Positions 17,916 through 27,468 of a stretch of 64,000 nucleotides of DNA are shown here, in pieces. This stretch comes from Parcubacteria bacterium OLB19. GTDB lineage: Bacteria; Patescibacteriota; Minisyncoccia; Phycocordibacterales; UBA918. How positions within the stretch are numbered: the stretch's first letter is position 1; each line of letters begins with the position of its first letter. The DNA is taken from the NCBI GenBank assembly GCA_001567365.1, contig JZEL01000012.1:1215-65214 (forward strand). The letters run 5' to 3'. Under the pieces are notes generated by a model that was not told the origin of the DNA, made no database searches, and worked only from the letters and a program-made list of their open reading frames with translations. A program made the position numbers and the translations under genes.

Positions 17916-19070
17916 ATGACTTATAGTACTCAAACTAAACAGTATTTCATCGGTTTGTGTTTGGTGGTATTGATGGCTATTGCCTTCGCACCAGCAGCAA
18001 ACGCCGAGACCAATTCAACCTCTACCAATACCACCACTACCAGTGCTTCAAAAGACATTTCTAGTCTATTAGCTCTACTACAAAGCCTTACCAAGCAGGT
18101 AGAGGATTTGAAGAAGCAGTTGGCTGAAGTTCGTGCTGAACTTAAGGATGGTCTAAAGGAAGGGATGAGTGATGATGATGTTAAGAAGATTCAAGAACTT
18201 CTTGCTACTGATCCAACTATTTACCCTAAAGGTTTAGTGACCGGCTATTATGGTCCAATGACCAAAGAAGCGATTATTCGTTTCCAAGCTCGTCACGAAC
18301 TAAAAACTACTGGTGAAGTAGATGCAGAAACCAAAGCTCTTCTCCTTGAATACTTCAAAGAAAGAACCAACGGTCAAATTCCACCAGGTCTTCTAAGTGC
18401 TCCAGGAATTGATAAGAAGATTAAGATGCGTTTAATCACTGAAAATGGAGAGATGCGAATCAAGTGTGATGACAAAAAGGGTGCAGCTTTCCTTTGCAAG
18501 GAAGAATTTAAGCACAAAAATAAAGGTAAGGGTTCAACTACAACTGATTCTGTCTCATCTACAACAGCACAATCCGCTATCGATAAAGCAGAGGGTGCTA
18601 TAGCAGATTTAGAAGAAGAGATAGATGATGCTACCGATGAAGATGCTATTGAAGATGCTGAGGAATCATTAGATGATGCTCAGGCTTTATTAGACAGAGC
18701 CGAAGATGAATTAGAGGACGGAAACAACAAATCAGCATATGATAAAGCTGTAAAAGCTGAGAAAATCGCTGAAGACGCTCTAGATGAATTGAAGGGAAAA
18801 GATGATGATAGTAATGATGAGGCTACTGAAGAAGAAGCTGAAGACGCTATCGATGATGCCAAGGATGCGATTTCTGACTTAGAGGAGGAAATTGAAAACG
18901 CTACTAGCTCTGATGCTAAAACCGAAGCTGAGGAAAAACTAGCTGAAGCTGAAGATTTACTTGAAGATGCTGAAGACGAATTGGACGATGAAGATTTTGA
19001 GTCAGCTATCGAAAAAGCAGAGGACGCTGAGGAAATAGCCAAAAACGCTAAAGATGAATTAGAGAACTAA
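17916..19070 (+). CDS. Secreted protein: signal peptide, peptidoglycan-binding domain (PG_binding_1-like), and a C-terminal highly acidic tandem-repeat region
   Basis: The ATG at 17916 gives MTYSTQTKQYFIGLCLVVLMAIAFAPAANA, a signal peptide. The middle region IYPKGLVTGYYGPMTKEAIIRFQARHELKTTGEVD is PG-binding-like. The C-terminus is ~50-aa D/E-rich repeats (…DAISDLEEEIENAT…LEDAEDELDDEDFESAIEKAEDAEEIAKNAKDELEN). The track start at 17865 is a GTG. Confidence 0.65.
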   Translation: MTYSTQTKQYFIGLCLVVLMAIAFAPAANAETNSTSTNTTTTSASKDISSLLALLQSLTKQVEDLKKQLAEVRAELKDGLKEGMSDDDVKKIQELLATDPTIYPKGLVTGYYGPMTKEAIIRFQARHELKTTGEVDAETKALLLEYFKERTNGQIPPGLLSAPGIDKKIKMRLITENGEMRIKCDDKKGAAFLCKEEFKHKNKGKGSTTTDSVSSTTAQSAIDKAEGAIADLEEEIDDATDEDAIEDAEESLDDAQALLDRAEDELEDGNNKSAYDKAVKAEKIAEDALDELKGKDDDSNDEATEEEAEDAIDDAKDAISDLEEEIENATSSDAKTEAEEKLAEAEDLLEDAEDELDDEDFESAIEKAEDAEEIAKNAKDELEN

Positions 19071-19080
19071 TCTTTAAACA

Positions 19081-19117
19081 AAAAACCGCCCCTAAAGGGG
19101 CGGTTTTTTGTTTTTTG
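19081..19117 (+). terminator. Rho-independent terminator
   Basis: Hairpin AAAAACCGCCCC-TAAA-GGGGCGGTTTTT followed by a T-run. Confidence 0.7.
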
Positions 19118-19144
19118 ATTACAAGTTATAATTATACGTAATTT

Positions 19145-19531
19145 ATGTGGTTTCTTATCAGAAAAAGTCGAAGACGTAAGGTAATTAATCCCTCATATAA
19201 AAAATACAAGGAACATACCAGAAATTTGATTCTTGCCAAACTAGAGTACTGGGCACCGATTTGTGGAGTGAATTATAAACGAGTAGCGATACGTGACACT
19301 AAACGATGTTGGGGTAGTTGTTCTTCACTTGGTAATTTAAACTTTAGCTACAAATTACTATTCTTACCCAACTGTCTCGCTGATTACATAATTGTGCACG
19401 AACTATGTCATTTAAAAGAAATGAATCACAGTCCAAAATTTTGGCTTGAGGTAGAAAAAATTATGCCTGATTATAAAAACTTAGTAGTAGAATTGAGAAA
19501 ATTAGAAAAAAACCACACGAACCAGCGTTGA
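19145..19531 (+). CDS. HExxH zinc metallohydrolase of the DUF45/YgjP (SprT-like) family; short form
   Basis: IVHELCHLKEMNHSPKFW reads as an HExxH...H motif in the usual DUF45 context. Confidence 0.55.
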   Translation: MWFLIRKSRRRKVINPSYKKYKEHTRNLILAKLEYWAPICGVNYKRVAIRDTKRCWGSCSSLGNLNFSYKLLFLPNCLADYIIVHELCHLKEMNHSPKFWLEVEKIMPDYKNLVVELRKLEKNHTNQR

Positions 19532-19604
19532 AGCTATGCGCAAAGATAAAGACACTCACACTTGTGCGTATTGTACAGGAAGAGAAGAAATAAAAACTTT
19601 ACCG

Positions 19605-19639
19605 TAAAAAAGCCCGACACCGTAGGTGTCGGGCTTTTT
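19605..19639. terminator. Bidirectional rho-independent terminator between convergent genes
   Basis: Hairpin AAAAAAGCCCGACACC-GTAG-GTGTCGGGCTTTTT, with A- and T-tracts on both sides. Confidence 0.65.
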
Positions 19640-19644
19640 AACTT

Positions 19645-20097
19645 CTAAAACAAACTTTCTACCACCACTTTAACATCAGCTCCATCAGCCTGTCCTTGTA
19701 GTTTTTTCATCACTGCACCTACAAGCATTCCCATTTTAGCTTTATCAGTGATTCCGAGCTCAGTTTTAATTGATTCGGCAATCGGTTTGATTTGTTCCTT
19801 CGACATAAGAGTAGGAAGATATGATTCCAAAATAGCTAATTCTTCTTTTTCTGGTTCGGCTAACTCTGTGCGACCAGCAGCCTCAAATTGCACAATTGAC
19901 TCTTTTCGTTGCTTAGCTAAACGCTTAATTACTGCAATAGTTTCCTCATCAGAGAGTTCGGATTGAGGTGTTCGTGATGTAGCCACCAATTCATTGGTAC
20001 AAGCTGTCATAATACTACGCACCGTTCGTAAGAGAACTTCATTTTTACTTTTCATTGCTTCTTTTAAGGTTGTACGCAAATCAGTGTGTATAGACAT
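19645..20097 (-). CDS. GatB/YqeY-domain protein
   Basis: The C-terminus ...KMGMLVGAVMKKLQGQADGADVKVVVESLF is typical of YqeY. ATG at 20097 is preferred over the ORF start at 20130. Confidence 0.6.
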   Translation of the reverse strand: MSIHTDLRTTLKEAMKSKNEVLLRTVRSIMTACTNELVATSRTPQSELSDEETIAVIKRLAKQRKESIVQFEAAGRTELAEPEKEELAILESYLPTLMSKEQIKPIAESIKTELGITDKAKMGMLVGAVMKKLQGQADGADVKVVVESLF

Positions 20098-20171
20098 ATT
20101 TAAAATAAGATTAGAAACCAATATTAGCACACTTTTAGACGTTTTCTAGCAAAAAATGCTAAACTAACGAC

Positions 20172-21293
20172 ATGGAAATTTTCATCATTATATTACTACT
20201 AATTCTAATAGTAGCGGTTTTATTTTTTGGTTATCAGTTCATTAATCAAAGTAACAAAAAACCAGAAACTCCAGAAAGTTTACTTTTAATGCAACAACAG
20301 ATTCAGGAATTGTCGCGAACAGTACGTGAACAAATGAATGAAAGTACCAGATTGTCGCAAGAGGGGAGTCGGATGCAATTTCGCGAAAGTCGTGAATTAA
20401 TGCAAGGTATAAACAAGGAAGTGAACGAACAGATCCGCGCTATTCAAGAAAGTATTAGCGAAAAATTACTTGGAGTACAAAAACATGTTTCAGAAGTTAG
20501 CGAAAGTTCTAAACAAGTATTTACTATCGCAGAACAATTACAAAACCTAGAAAAAGTTCTTAAACACCAAAAACAAAGAGGCAACCTAGGCGAGGCCAGC
20601 CTACAACTCGCACTGGAAAACATATTGCCAGTTGGCGCCTACAAACTCCAACATCAATTTGATGGTGGAGAAATAGTTGATGCTGTTATTATTACCAAAG
20701 ACGGAATGATACCTGTTGATGCCAAATTCTCCCTCGACAATTATCGACGACTGGTCGATGAGACAGATGAAAATCGACGCGAAGAACTAGAGAAAGAATT
20801 TAAAAATGATTTAAAAAAGCGTATAGATGAAACCGCAAAATACATCCGACCAAAGGATGGTACTTTGCCTTTTGCTTTTATGTTCATTCCTGCCGAAGCC
20901 ATTTACTATGACTTACTAGTCAATGAGGTTGGTGCCGTTAAGGTCAACACACGTTCACTTATAGAATATGCTTATAGGGACAAAAATGTAATCATAGTGT
21001 CTCCAACCACTTTCGCCGCCTACTTACAATCTGTACTTTATGGTTTTCGAGCTTTTAAAGTCGAGGAGAGCGCTAAGGAAATACAAAAAAATGTCGAAAA
21101 ACTTACCCGACATTTAACTGCTTATGAGCAATATTTTGAAAAAGTTGGTAACAGTCTGGGTACCACCGTCAATCATTATAATCTAGCCAGTAAAGAGCTT
21201 GGCAAGATAGATAAGGATGTAATCAAAATCGCCGGCGAAAGTATAAATCATGAACAATTAGTGTTAGACAAGCCCTTAAAATCTGAGGGATAA
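20172..21293 (+). CDS. rmuC: DNA recombination protein RmuC
   Basis: N-terminal transmembrane helix, then a coiled coil, then the RmuC core (FAFMFIPAEAIYYDLL...VIIVSPTTFAAYLQSV). Confidence 0.75.
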   Translation: MEIFIIILLLILIVAVLFFGYQFINQSNKKPETPESLLLMQQQIQELSRTVREQMNESTRLSQEGSRMQFRESRELMQGINKEVNEQIRAIQESISEKLLGVQKHVSEVSESSKQVFTIAEQLQNLEKVLKHQKQRGNLGEASLQLALENILPVGAYKLQHQFDGGEIVDAVIITKDGMIPVDAKFSLDNYRRLVDETDENRREELEKEFKNDLKKRIDETAKYIRPKDGTLPFAFMFIPAEAIYYDLLVNEVGAVKVNTRSLIEYAYRDKNVIIVSPTTFAAYLQSVLYGFRAFKVEESAKEIQKNVEKLTRHLTAYEQYFEKVGNSLGTTVNHYNLASKELGKIDKDVIKIAGESINHEQLVLDKPLKSEG

Positions 21294-21329
21294 ACATTTA
21301 TTTTTCTACAACATTTCAACTCAAAATAA

Positions 21330-21369
21330 AACAACCCTTAATCTTAAACAATGAGAAGGGTTGTTTTTT
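21330..21369 (+). terminator. Rho-independent terminator after rmuC
   Basis: AACAACCCTT...AAGGGTTGTT followed by TTTTTT. Confidence 0.65.
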
Positions 21370-21372
21370 ATG

Positions 21373-21738
21373 TCAATTGTAAATTTTTGTTTTTAAATAA
21401 ACTGTGACTAGAAAGGTAGAGAATACCTGTAAAGATATTACAAACATCCAATTCTTAAAATCCAAACACTCAAAATCAACATTTAGTGAAGACAAAAGAA
21501 AATGAGTAAATGCAAGAGTGACAATAAAAAAACAATTTATCGTTACAAATGTCACATACAAATAACGATGTAGAACTATTAGTTCTTCGTCTAAACGATT
21601 TACTATAAAAGCTTCAAAATATTGAGATTTAATATATAGATCATTCAAATATATGCTGTATATTTTACTAAAAAAGAACATATTAAAACAAAAGATAAGT
21701 GAGTAACCGAACATAACATAACCCAACATCCGTACCAA
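21373..21738 (-). CDS. Small hydrophobic hypothetical ORF in an AT-rich gap; doubtful
   Basis: It is the only ORF in the gap and has AT-biased codons. It may be a chance ORF. Confidence 0.2.
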   Translation of the reverse strand: MVRMLGYVMFGYSLIFCFNMFFFSKIYSIYLNDLYIKSQYFEAFIVNRLDEELIVLHRYLYVTFVTINCFFIVTLAFTHFLLSSLNVDFECLDFKNWMFVISLQVFSTFLVTVYLKTKIYN

Positions 21739-22005
21739 GAATTTAGAATTATTAGTTTCAGATACAATCTCTTCTATGTATACACTCCAACTAAAAAATA
21801 AAACCAGAACACTTAGAATTAAAAAATATTACATACAATAATTTTAAGTAAACTTTTGTCTTAACAAATTGATATTTAGAATCAGTCATTAACTGACCTC
21901 CTGTTTATGAATTAAACAATCTAAACACAAAACTAACACATACACTCAGAAAAATAAACAAGAACACCTGAAATTTATTAGTTTTTTATTATATTAGTCT
22001 AGATA

Positions 22006-22034
22006 TTGCATTTTTAATGGTTTTCTTGTACTAT
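22006..22034 (+). promoter_or_regulatory. Sigma70-like promoter of rplU: TTGCAT, 17-bp spacer, TACTAT
   Basis: Read directly. It lies ~10 nt upstream of the rplU ATG. Confidence 0.45.
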
Positions 22035-22044
22035 AGCCCGCACT

Positions 22045-22377
22045 ATGGCAACAAATACAGCTAAAAACGAAGCTTTTGCAGTAATCGCTACCGGCGGTAA
22101 GCAATATATGGTTTCAGTAGGTGATACACTTCTAGTGGAGCTACTTGGCGACCACAAAGAAGGTGATACTATTGAATTTGATAGTGTACTTATGACCGAT
22201 GATGGTACCAAAGCTAAAGTTGGCACACCATTCACTGGATCAAAAGTTAAAGCTACCTACCTAGGTGAAGACAAAGGTCCAAAGCTAAGCATTATTCGCT
22301 ACAAAGCTAAAAGCAATCGTGATCGTAAGATTGGTCATCGCCAACACTACGCTAAAATTAAGATTGAAGCGATTTAA
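22045..22377 (+). CDS. rplU: 50S ribosomal protein L21
   Basis: AVIATGGKQYMVSVGDTLLVE...IIRYKAKSNRDRKIGHRQHYAKIKI. Confidence 0.9.
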   Translation: MATNTAKNEAFAVIATGGKQYMVSVGDTLLVELLGDHKEGDTIEFDSVLMTDDGTKAKVGTPFTGSKVKATYLGEDKGPKLSIIRYKAKSNRDRKIGHRQHYAKIKIEAI

Positions 22378-22380
22378 AAT

Positions 22381-22414
22381 AAGAAGAGGCGCCACGAAGT
22401 GGGCGCCTCTTCTT
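22381..22414. terminator. Bidirectional terminator between rplU (+) and recR (-)
   Basis: AAGAAGAGGCGCC-ACGAAGT-GGGCGCCTCTTCTT. Confidence 0.65.
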
Positions 22415-22439
22415 TCAAATACTACCTCCAAGAACTCAT

Positions 22440-23051
22440 CTACATTCTATTACGCAGCGCGCTCTTAATTGTTTCAGCGTCAGCATACTCAAGCTCACTA
22501 CCAGTCGAAAGACCCCTACCAAGATGAGAAATTTTAATCTTTTCAGACAAAGTAAAATCAGCCAGTAATGACTCTATGTAGCGAGCAGTGTTCTCACCAT
22601 CAGGATTAACTGCAAAACCAAGTATAACTTCAAGGTCAGCACTTTGACTTCTTTCTAGCACTGTTGCTTTTAAAGCTCCCCCTCGTAGTTTTTGTTCAGT
22701 TTCTTTTGACAAAAGGGGGACAGTGCCTCCCAAAACAAAATATAGTCCACTATAAACACCACTACGTTCTATAGCCTGAATATCATTATCGCTAGCCACA
22801 ACCAAGAGCTTGTGACTGTCACGATTTACATCGTTACAAATAGAACATATTGAGGCTTGACTGTTGGAGAAAAACCGATGACAAGAAGCACATTCAGTTA
22901 CAGAATTTGATAACGAAGAAATCAAGTCTGCCAATTCAGTAACCTGTTCCTGCTTCATAGTCAAAACATGAAACGCAAATCTTTTAGCCTGTCTCACTCC
23001 GACACCAGGAAACTTCTCAAAATACACCACCAACTTATCAAAATTGGTCAT
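22440..23051 (-). CDS. recR: Recombination protein RecR
   Basis: Helix-hairpin-helix FPGVGVRQAKRFAF, a C4 zinc finger (CASCHRF...CSIC), and a Toprim region. ATG at 23051 is preferred; it overlaps the dnaB stop by a few nt. Confidence 0.85.
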   Translation of the reverse strand: MTNFDKLVVYFEKFPGVGVRQAKRFAFHVLTMKQEQVTELADLISSLSNSVTECASCHRFFSNSQASICSICNDVNRDSHKLLVVASDNDIQAIERSGVYSGLYFVLGGTVPLLSKETEQKLRGGALKATVLERSQSADLEVILGFAVNPDGENTARYIESLLADFTLSEKIKISHLGRGLSTGSELEYADAETIKSALRNRM

Positions 23052-23052
23052 A

Positions 23053-24435
23053 TTAGAAATCATCAGCTCCACCGCTACCAGCTGAACTCGAATGGTGATG
23101 GGTATCGAGATTTAAGAAACGAACATGTTGACCGTCAAAGTAGAGTTCAGCTACACCCACCGGTCCGTTACGGTGTTTTTCAACCAAGATTTCAGCAATA
23201 TTAGGTCTCTCCGATTCTTTATTCATTTTATCTTCACGATGAATAAACATAACCACGTCGGCATCTTGTTCAATAGAACCAGAATCACGTAAGTCAGACA
23301 AACGAGGTTTGCCACCACGCTGTTCTACCGCACGAGACAACTGGGACAAGGCAATCACTGGCACATCAAGATCACGCGCCAATATCTTCAATGAACGGGA
23401 AATTTCAGTTACTTGTTGCACCATAGAATCACTAGCCTTAGTAGCGGTAGGGGACATAAGCTGAAGATAGTCAACAATTAAAAGATCTAGACCATGTTCA
23501 TTCTTCAATCGGCGAGCAGCGGAACGCATTTTCAAAATATTATTACCAGCCTGATCATCGATATGAATCTGTGCTTCGGATAATTTTGCCATCGCTTGCT
23601 GTACTGCTTCAAATTCATGATCATTAGACAATCGCCCAGTACGAAGTTTCCAAGAGTCTACCCCCGCTTCAGCCGCAAGCATACGGTCAACCAACTGCTG
23701 ATCACTCATTTCCAATGAAAAAATACCAACTGACGCACCAAATTTCAAAGCAGCATTACGAGCCACATCCAGAGCAAAAGTAGTTTTACCCATAGAAGGA
23801 CGGGCTGCCAAAATAATTAAGTCAGAACGCTGAAAACCAGCCAAAAGGTTATCAAGGGAAGTAAAGCCGGACTGTACACCTCGTCTTTCATCTTGATTAG
23901 CACTCAAATACTCAAAACGCTCCCAAGCTTCATGAAGGGAATTACCTATAGTTTTGAATTTTTGAGCACTAGGTGACTGAGTGGCGTGAAATATCTTTTT
24001 TTCAGCTTGGTCAAGCGCCTCATCAACGCTCTCTGGATCAGAATAGCCAATTTCTGCGATATCATCAGCGGCATAAATAAGATTACGAAGCGCAGCTTTA
24101 CCTTGCACTAATTCAGCATAATAATGAGCATTCCCAGCAGCAGGAACAGTCTCAATTAACTCTGTTATATAACTAGCGCCACCAACTCTCTCAAGAGTGT
24201 TATTTGCTTTAAGTTTGGTAACCAAAGACACAACATCTATAGGGTCACCTTTAGAAAACAAACCAACTACAGCTTCATAAATAGCTCGATGCTTGTCAGC
24301 ATAAAAACTCTCCGGATAAACTGTCACCGAAACATCATGCATCACATCAGGTTTAAGTATAATCGCACCAAGTAAAGCTTTTTCAGCATCAACATTGTGC
24401 GGGGGAGTTCGCAAAGCACGATTGGTGTTTACCAT
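23053..24435 (-). CDS. dnaB: Replicative DNA helicase DnaB
   Basis: Walker A is ILAARPSMGKTT. Also GIFSLEMS, LLIVDYLQLM and ALSQLSR. Confidence 0.9.
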   Translation of the reverse strand: MVNTNRALRTPPHNVDAEKALLGAIILKPDVMHDVSVTVYPESFYADKHRAIYEAVVGLFSKGDPIDVVSLVTKLKANNTLERVGGASYITELIETVPAAGNAHYYAELVQGKAALRNLIYAADDIAEIGYSDPESVDEALDQAEKKIFHATQSPSAQKFKTIGNSLHEAWERFEYLSANQDERRGVQSGFTSLDNLLAGFQRSDLIILAARPSMGKTTFALDVARNAALKFGASVGIFSLEMSDQQLVDRMLAAEAGVDSWKLRTGRLSNDHEFEAVQQAMAKLSEAQIHIDDQAGNNILKMRSAARRLKNEHGLDLLIVDYLQLMSPTATKASDSMVQQVTEISRSLKILARDLDVPVIALSQLSRAVEQRGGKPRLSDLRDSGSIEQDADVVMFIHREDKMNKESERPNIAEILVEKHRNGPVGVAELYFDGQHVRFLNLDTHHHSSSAGSGGADDF

Positions 24436-24467
24436 AACGGGGGTATTGTATCATATTTTAGGTAGAG

Positions 24468-24531
24468 GAGGGTAAGGTGACAGAAAGGCCGGCACACGCG
24501 AAGCGTGTGCCGGCCTTTCTGTCACCTTACC
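24468..24531. repeat. Perfect 64-bp GC-rich palindrome (30-bp arms, 4-nt loop GAAG) in the cysS-dnaB intergenic region
   Basis: GGGTAAGGTGACAGAAAGGCCGGCACACGC-GAAG-GCGTGTGCCGGCCTTTCTGTCACCTTACCC. Its GC content is far above the local background. Confidence 0.7.
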
Positions 24532-25995
24532 CTAATTTTTTGTCACTCTCGGTCCATAGGCAGTATCCTCAACAATATAACCCTTAAGAGCAATAGCCTC
24601 ACGCAAAGTATCGGCCTCAAGCCAATTTCTAGCTATCCTGGCTGCTTCACGCTTATTTATTAATTCCTGAACTTCGGTCGGTATTTCCGCTTGCGACACC
24701 ACTCCGAGAATTTTAGCCCCCTCATCCAGATCGTCACTAAGTCCGATATCTAAAACACTATCCATAATTCGCAAAGTTGCGCACTTTGTCTTATTGTCCA
24801 ACTTATCATCCTTAACCAATTGCCAAATTAGAGCAATAGCTGATGGGGTATCGAGATCATTAGCTAAAAACGCCTTAAAGCCTTTAATATAATCAACCGA
24901 TGGTTTACCAGCAATTTGTTTATAGTCCTCGTAAACATAGCGTTTTAAGCGGTAGAGTGCTTGTTTCGCTCCTTGTAAGGCTTCCCAAGAAAAATTAATC
25001 GGAGAACGGTAATGAGAAGTTAATAACCAATAACGATAATCGTCACCGGTAAAACCACGGTCAATCAATTGACGCAAAGTTATAGTGTTTCCAATTGATT
25101 TGCTAATCTTGGTACTATCAATAGTAAGAAACTCACTATGTAACCAATAATTCACAAATTTCTTGCCAGTTGCACATTCTGATTGAGCAATCTCGGCATT
25201 GTGATGAACTGGTATATGATCAATACCTCCGGTATGAATATCTATTTCCTTACCCAAAGTAGCAATAGCCATAGCCGAACATTCAATATGCCAACCAGGA
25301 AAACCTTTACCCCAACGACTATCCCAACCTAAAGGACTTTTTTTCCATACAGCAAAATCGGCTGGATGATGTTTTTCTTCATTAACCATCACCCGTGCAC
25401 CACTCTGTAATTTTGATATATCAATATGACCAAGACAACCATAGCGGGGAAATTTTTGGATATCAAAATACACGCCATCACTGGTTTCATAAGTAAAACC
25501 CTTACCCTCAAGCGTTTCAATCAGTCGAATTTGAGGCTCTACATAATCACTAGCCCGCGACCAAGTGGTGGGGGACATAATGCGTAAAGTATCAAAATCA
25601 TCAAAAAAAGCTTCTATGTATTTATCAGACAGCTCTCGCATCGCTTCTAGTGTTACCGGCAAACCTTCACGTTTCAATCCCTTCATCATTTTATCCTCAC
25701 CAGCATCACCATCATCAGATAAATGTCCAAAATCAGTCAGGTTAATAGTATGTTTAACATCATAACCACAGAAAACTAATGTTCGTTTTAAAATATCAGC
25801 AAAGATAAAAGCACGGAAATTACCAATATGAGCATAATCGTAAACAGTTGGTCCGCAAGTGTACATTGTTACCACTTTGTCACTAATTGGGACAAATTTT
25901 TCTAATTTACCACTTTCTGTATTATAGAGATTTATCGGTAAATCCAATTGACCATCTTCTGTTTTCTTAAATAATTTCCCAAACATATTAATCAT
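24532..25995 (-). CDS. cysS: Cysteine--tRNA ligase
   Basis: The HIGH-region is YDYAHIGNFRAF and the KMSKS-region is KISKSIGN. It has an N-terminal extension of ~20 aa relative to the usual start. Confidence 0.85.
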   Translation of the reverse strand: MINMFGKLFKKTEDGQLDLPINLYNTESGKLEKFVPISDKVVTMYTCGPTVYDYAHIGNFRAFIFADILKRTLVFCGYDVKHTINLTDFGHLSDDGDAGEDKMMKGLKREGLPVTLEAMRELSDKYIEAFFDDFDTLRIMSPTTWSRASDYVEPQIRLIETLEGKGFTYETSDGVYFDIQKFPRYGCLGHIDISKLQSGARVMVNEEKHHPADFAVWKKSPLGWDSRWGKGFPGWHIECSAMAIATLGKEIDIHTGGIDHIPVHHNAEIAQSECATGKKFVNYWLHSEFLTIDSTKISKSIGNTITLRQLIDRGFTGDDYRYWLLTSHYRSPINFSWEALQGAKQALYRLKRYVYEDYKQIAGKPSVDYIKGFKAFLANDLDTPSAIALIWQLVKDDKLDNKTKCATLRIMDSVLDIGLSDDLDEGAKILGVVSQAEIPTEVQELINKREAARIARNWLEADTLREAIALKGYIVEDTAYGPRVTKN

Positions 25996-26065
25996 TAGTT
26001 TAACAGAATATGAGGTAAACCTGTAGTGTATTTATACTTTTGTTTTAACGGGTATTTATGCCATA

Positions 26066-27388
26066 ATGTATGACATGCAAAACCAACCTGATTTCATACC
26101 GCCAGCAATTAGAAATAAAGAATCGCAACGAAAGAGCAATTTCTTAGGTATAACTTTGGCCTTACTTTTAGCAGTGGGAGCTTTTTTTTCTGGTTTTGAA
26201 GCTAACAAAATTCTCAGTCACGAAAATCAATCAGCCAGCATTTTCTCCTTCTTTTCTTCAAAGGAAAGTGTGGCCAATACTCAAGAAGACATCGATCTCA
26301 AGGAGTTTTGGGCGGTATGGGAATTGCTAGATGAAAAATTCACCTCTGCCAGTTCCACCAAAAACATCAGTGACGAAGAACGTATAAATGGTGCCATAAA
26401 GGGGATGGTCAGCGCATACGATGATCCATATACAATATTTTTGCCTCCGGAACAAAATGCTGATTTCGCTGAAGATATCTCTGGTAATTTTAGTGGTATT
26501 GGTATGGAAGTAGGAATTAAAGATAAAGTTATTACGGTAATTTCACCTCTACCAGACACACCAGCTGAAAAAGCAGGCTTATTACCTGGGGATTTAGTGG
26601 TAAAGATTGATGGTGAGAGCACAGAAGGTATGTCTATAGACGACGCCGTTAGTCGCATTCGTGGTGAAAAAGGTACAAACGTAACTCTGTCTATATATAG
26701 GGAAGGTGAACTAGAAATAAAGGACTACACAATCACTAGGGACACCATAAACATTCCAACCGTTAAAACCGAAGTTAAGGATGGAGTATTTATCATTCGA
26801 CTCTATAGCTTCAATGCCATCGCTGAAGCTAAAATGCAAGAGGCAATGCGCGAATTCGTTAACAGCAAGGAAAAAACTCTAGTATTAGACCTACGTGGCA
26901 ATCCAGGTGGCTATCTACAAAGTGCAGTAGCTATTGCCAGCTTCTACCTACCAACCGGAAAGGTGGTGGTAAGGGAGAATTTTGCCAATAAAGAGGAGGA
27001 GAAAATCTATCGTAGTCAAGGTAAGGTTATAAAAGACTTTAATCCGAAAAATTTTGTGGTCTTAGTTGATAATGGTTCGGCTTCAGCTTCGGAAATTTTG
27101 GCTGGTGCCCTAAAGGAACACCATGTCGCAACTGTTATTGGTACCAACACCTTTGGGAAAGGTTCAGTACAGGAATTGATAGATCTTCCTTCCGGTGCTG
27201 CACTTAAAGTAACAGTGGCTCGCTGGCTTACCCCTGAAGGAATTTCTATATCAGAGAAAGGATTAGAACCAAATATAATTATCAACCGTACTCCACAACA
27301 AAGATTAGAAGATGTCGACCCACAACAAGAAGCAGCGGTGAAATTCCTACACGGTATTGAAATTAAAAGTGAAGAAAAAATTAATTAA
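26066..27388 (+). CDS. ctpA: Carboxyl-terminal processing protease (S41 family, Tsp/CtpA-like) with a PDZ domain
   Basis: N-terminal transmembrane helix; a PDZ region; the S41 core VLDLRGNPGG...NGSASASEILAGAL. Confidence 0.8.
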   Translation: MYDMQNQPDFIPPAIRNKESQRKSNFLGITLALLLAVGAFFSGFEANKILSHENQSASIFSFFSSKESVANTQEDIDLKEFWAVWELLDEKFTSASSTKNISDEERINGAIKGMVSAYDDPYTIFLPPEQNADFAEDISGNFSGIGMEVGIKDKVITVISPLPDTPAEKAGLLPGDLVVKIDGESTEGMSIDDAVSRIRGEKGTNVTLSIYREGELEIKDYTITRDTINIPTVKTEVKDGVFIIRLYSFNAIAEAKMQEAMREFVNSKEKTLVLDLRGNPGGYLQSAVAIASFYLPTGKVVVRENFANKEEEKIYRSQGKVIKDFNPKNFVVLVDNGSASASEILAGALKEHHVATVIGTNTFGKGSVQELIDLPSGAALKVTVARWLTPEGISISEKGLEPNIIINRTPQQRLEDVDPQQEAAVKFLHGIEIKSEEKIN

Positions 27389-27468
27389 TCTTCTAGGTGA
27401 CTAGCGAGTTTAATTCTGCTATTATGGTCTGGTTTTATCCAGACCATAATGTTAATTTGAGTTAAATT

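Noticed and set aside
18680-19042. Listed minus-strand Ala/Ser-rich ORF
   Set aside because: It is the low-complexity antisense of the acidic repeat region. The + strand protein has a signal peptide and a PG-binding domain.
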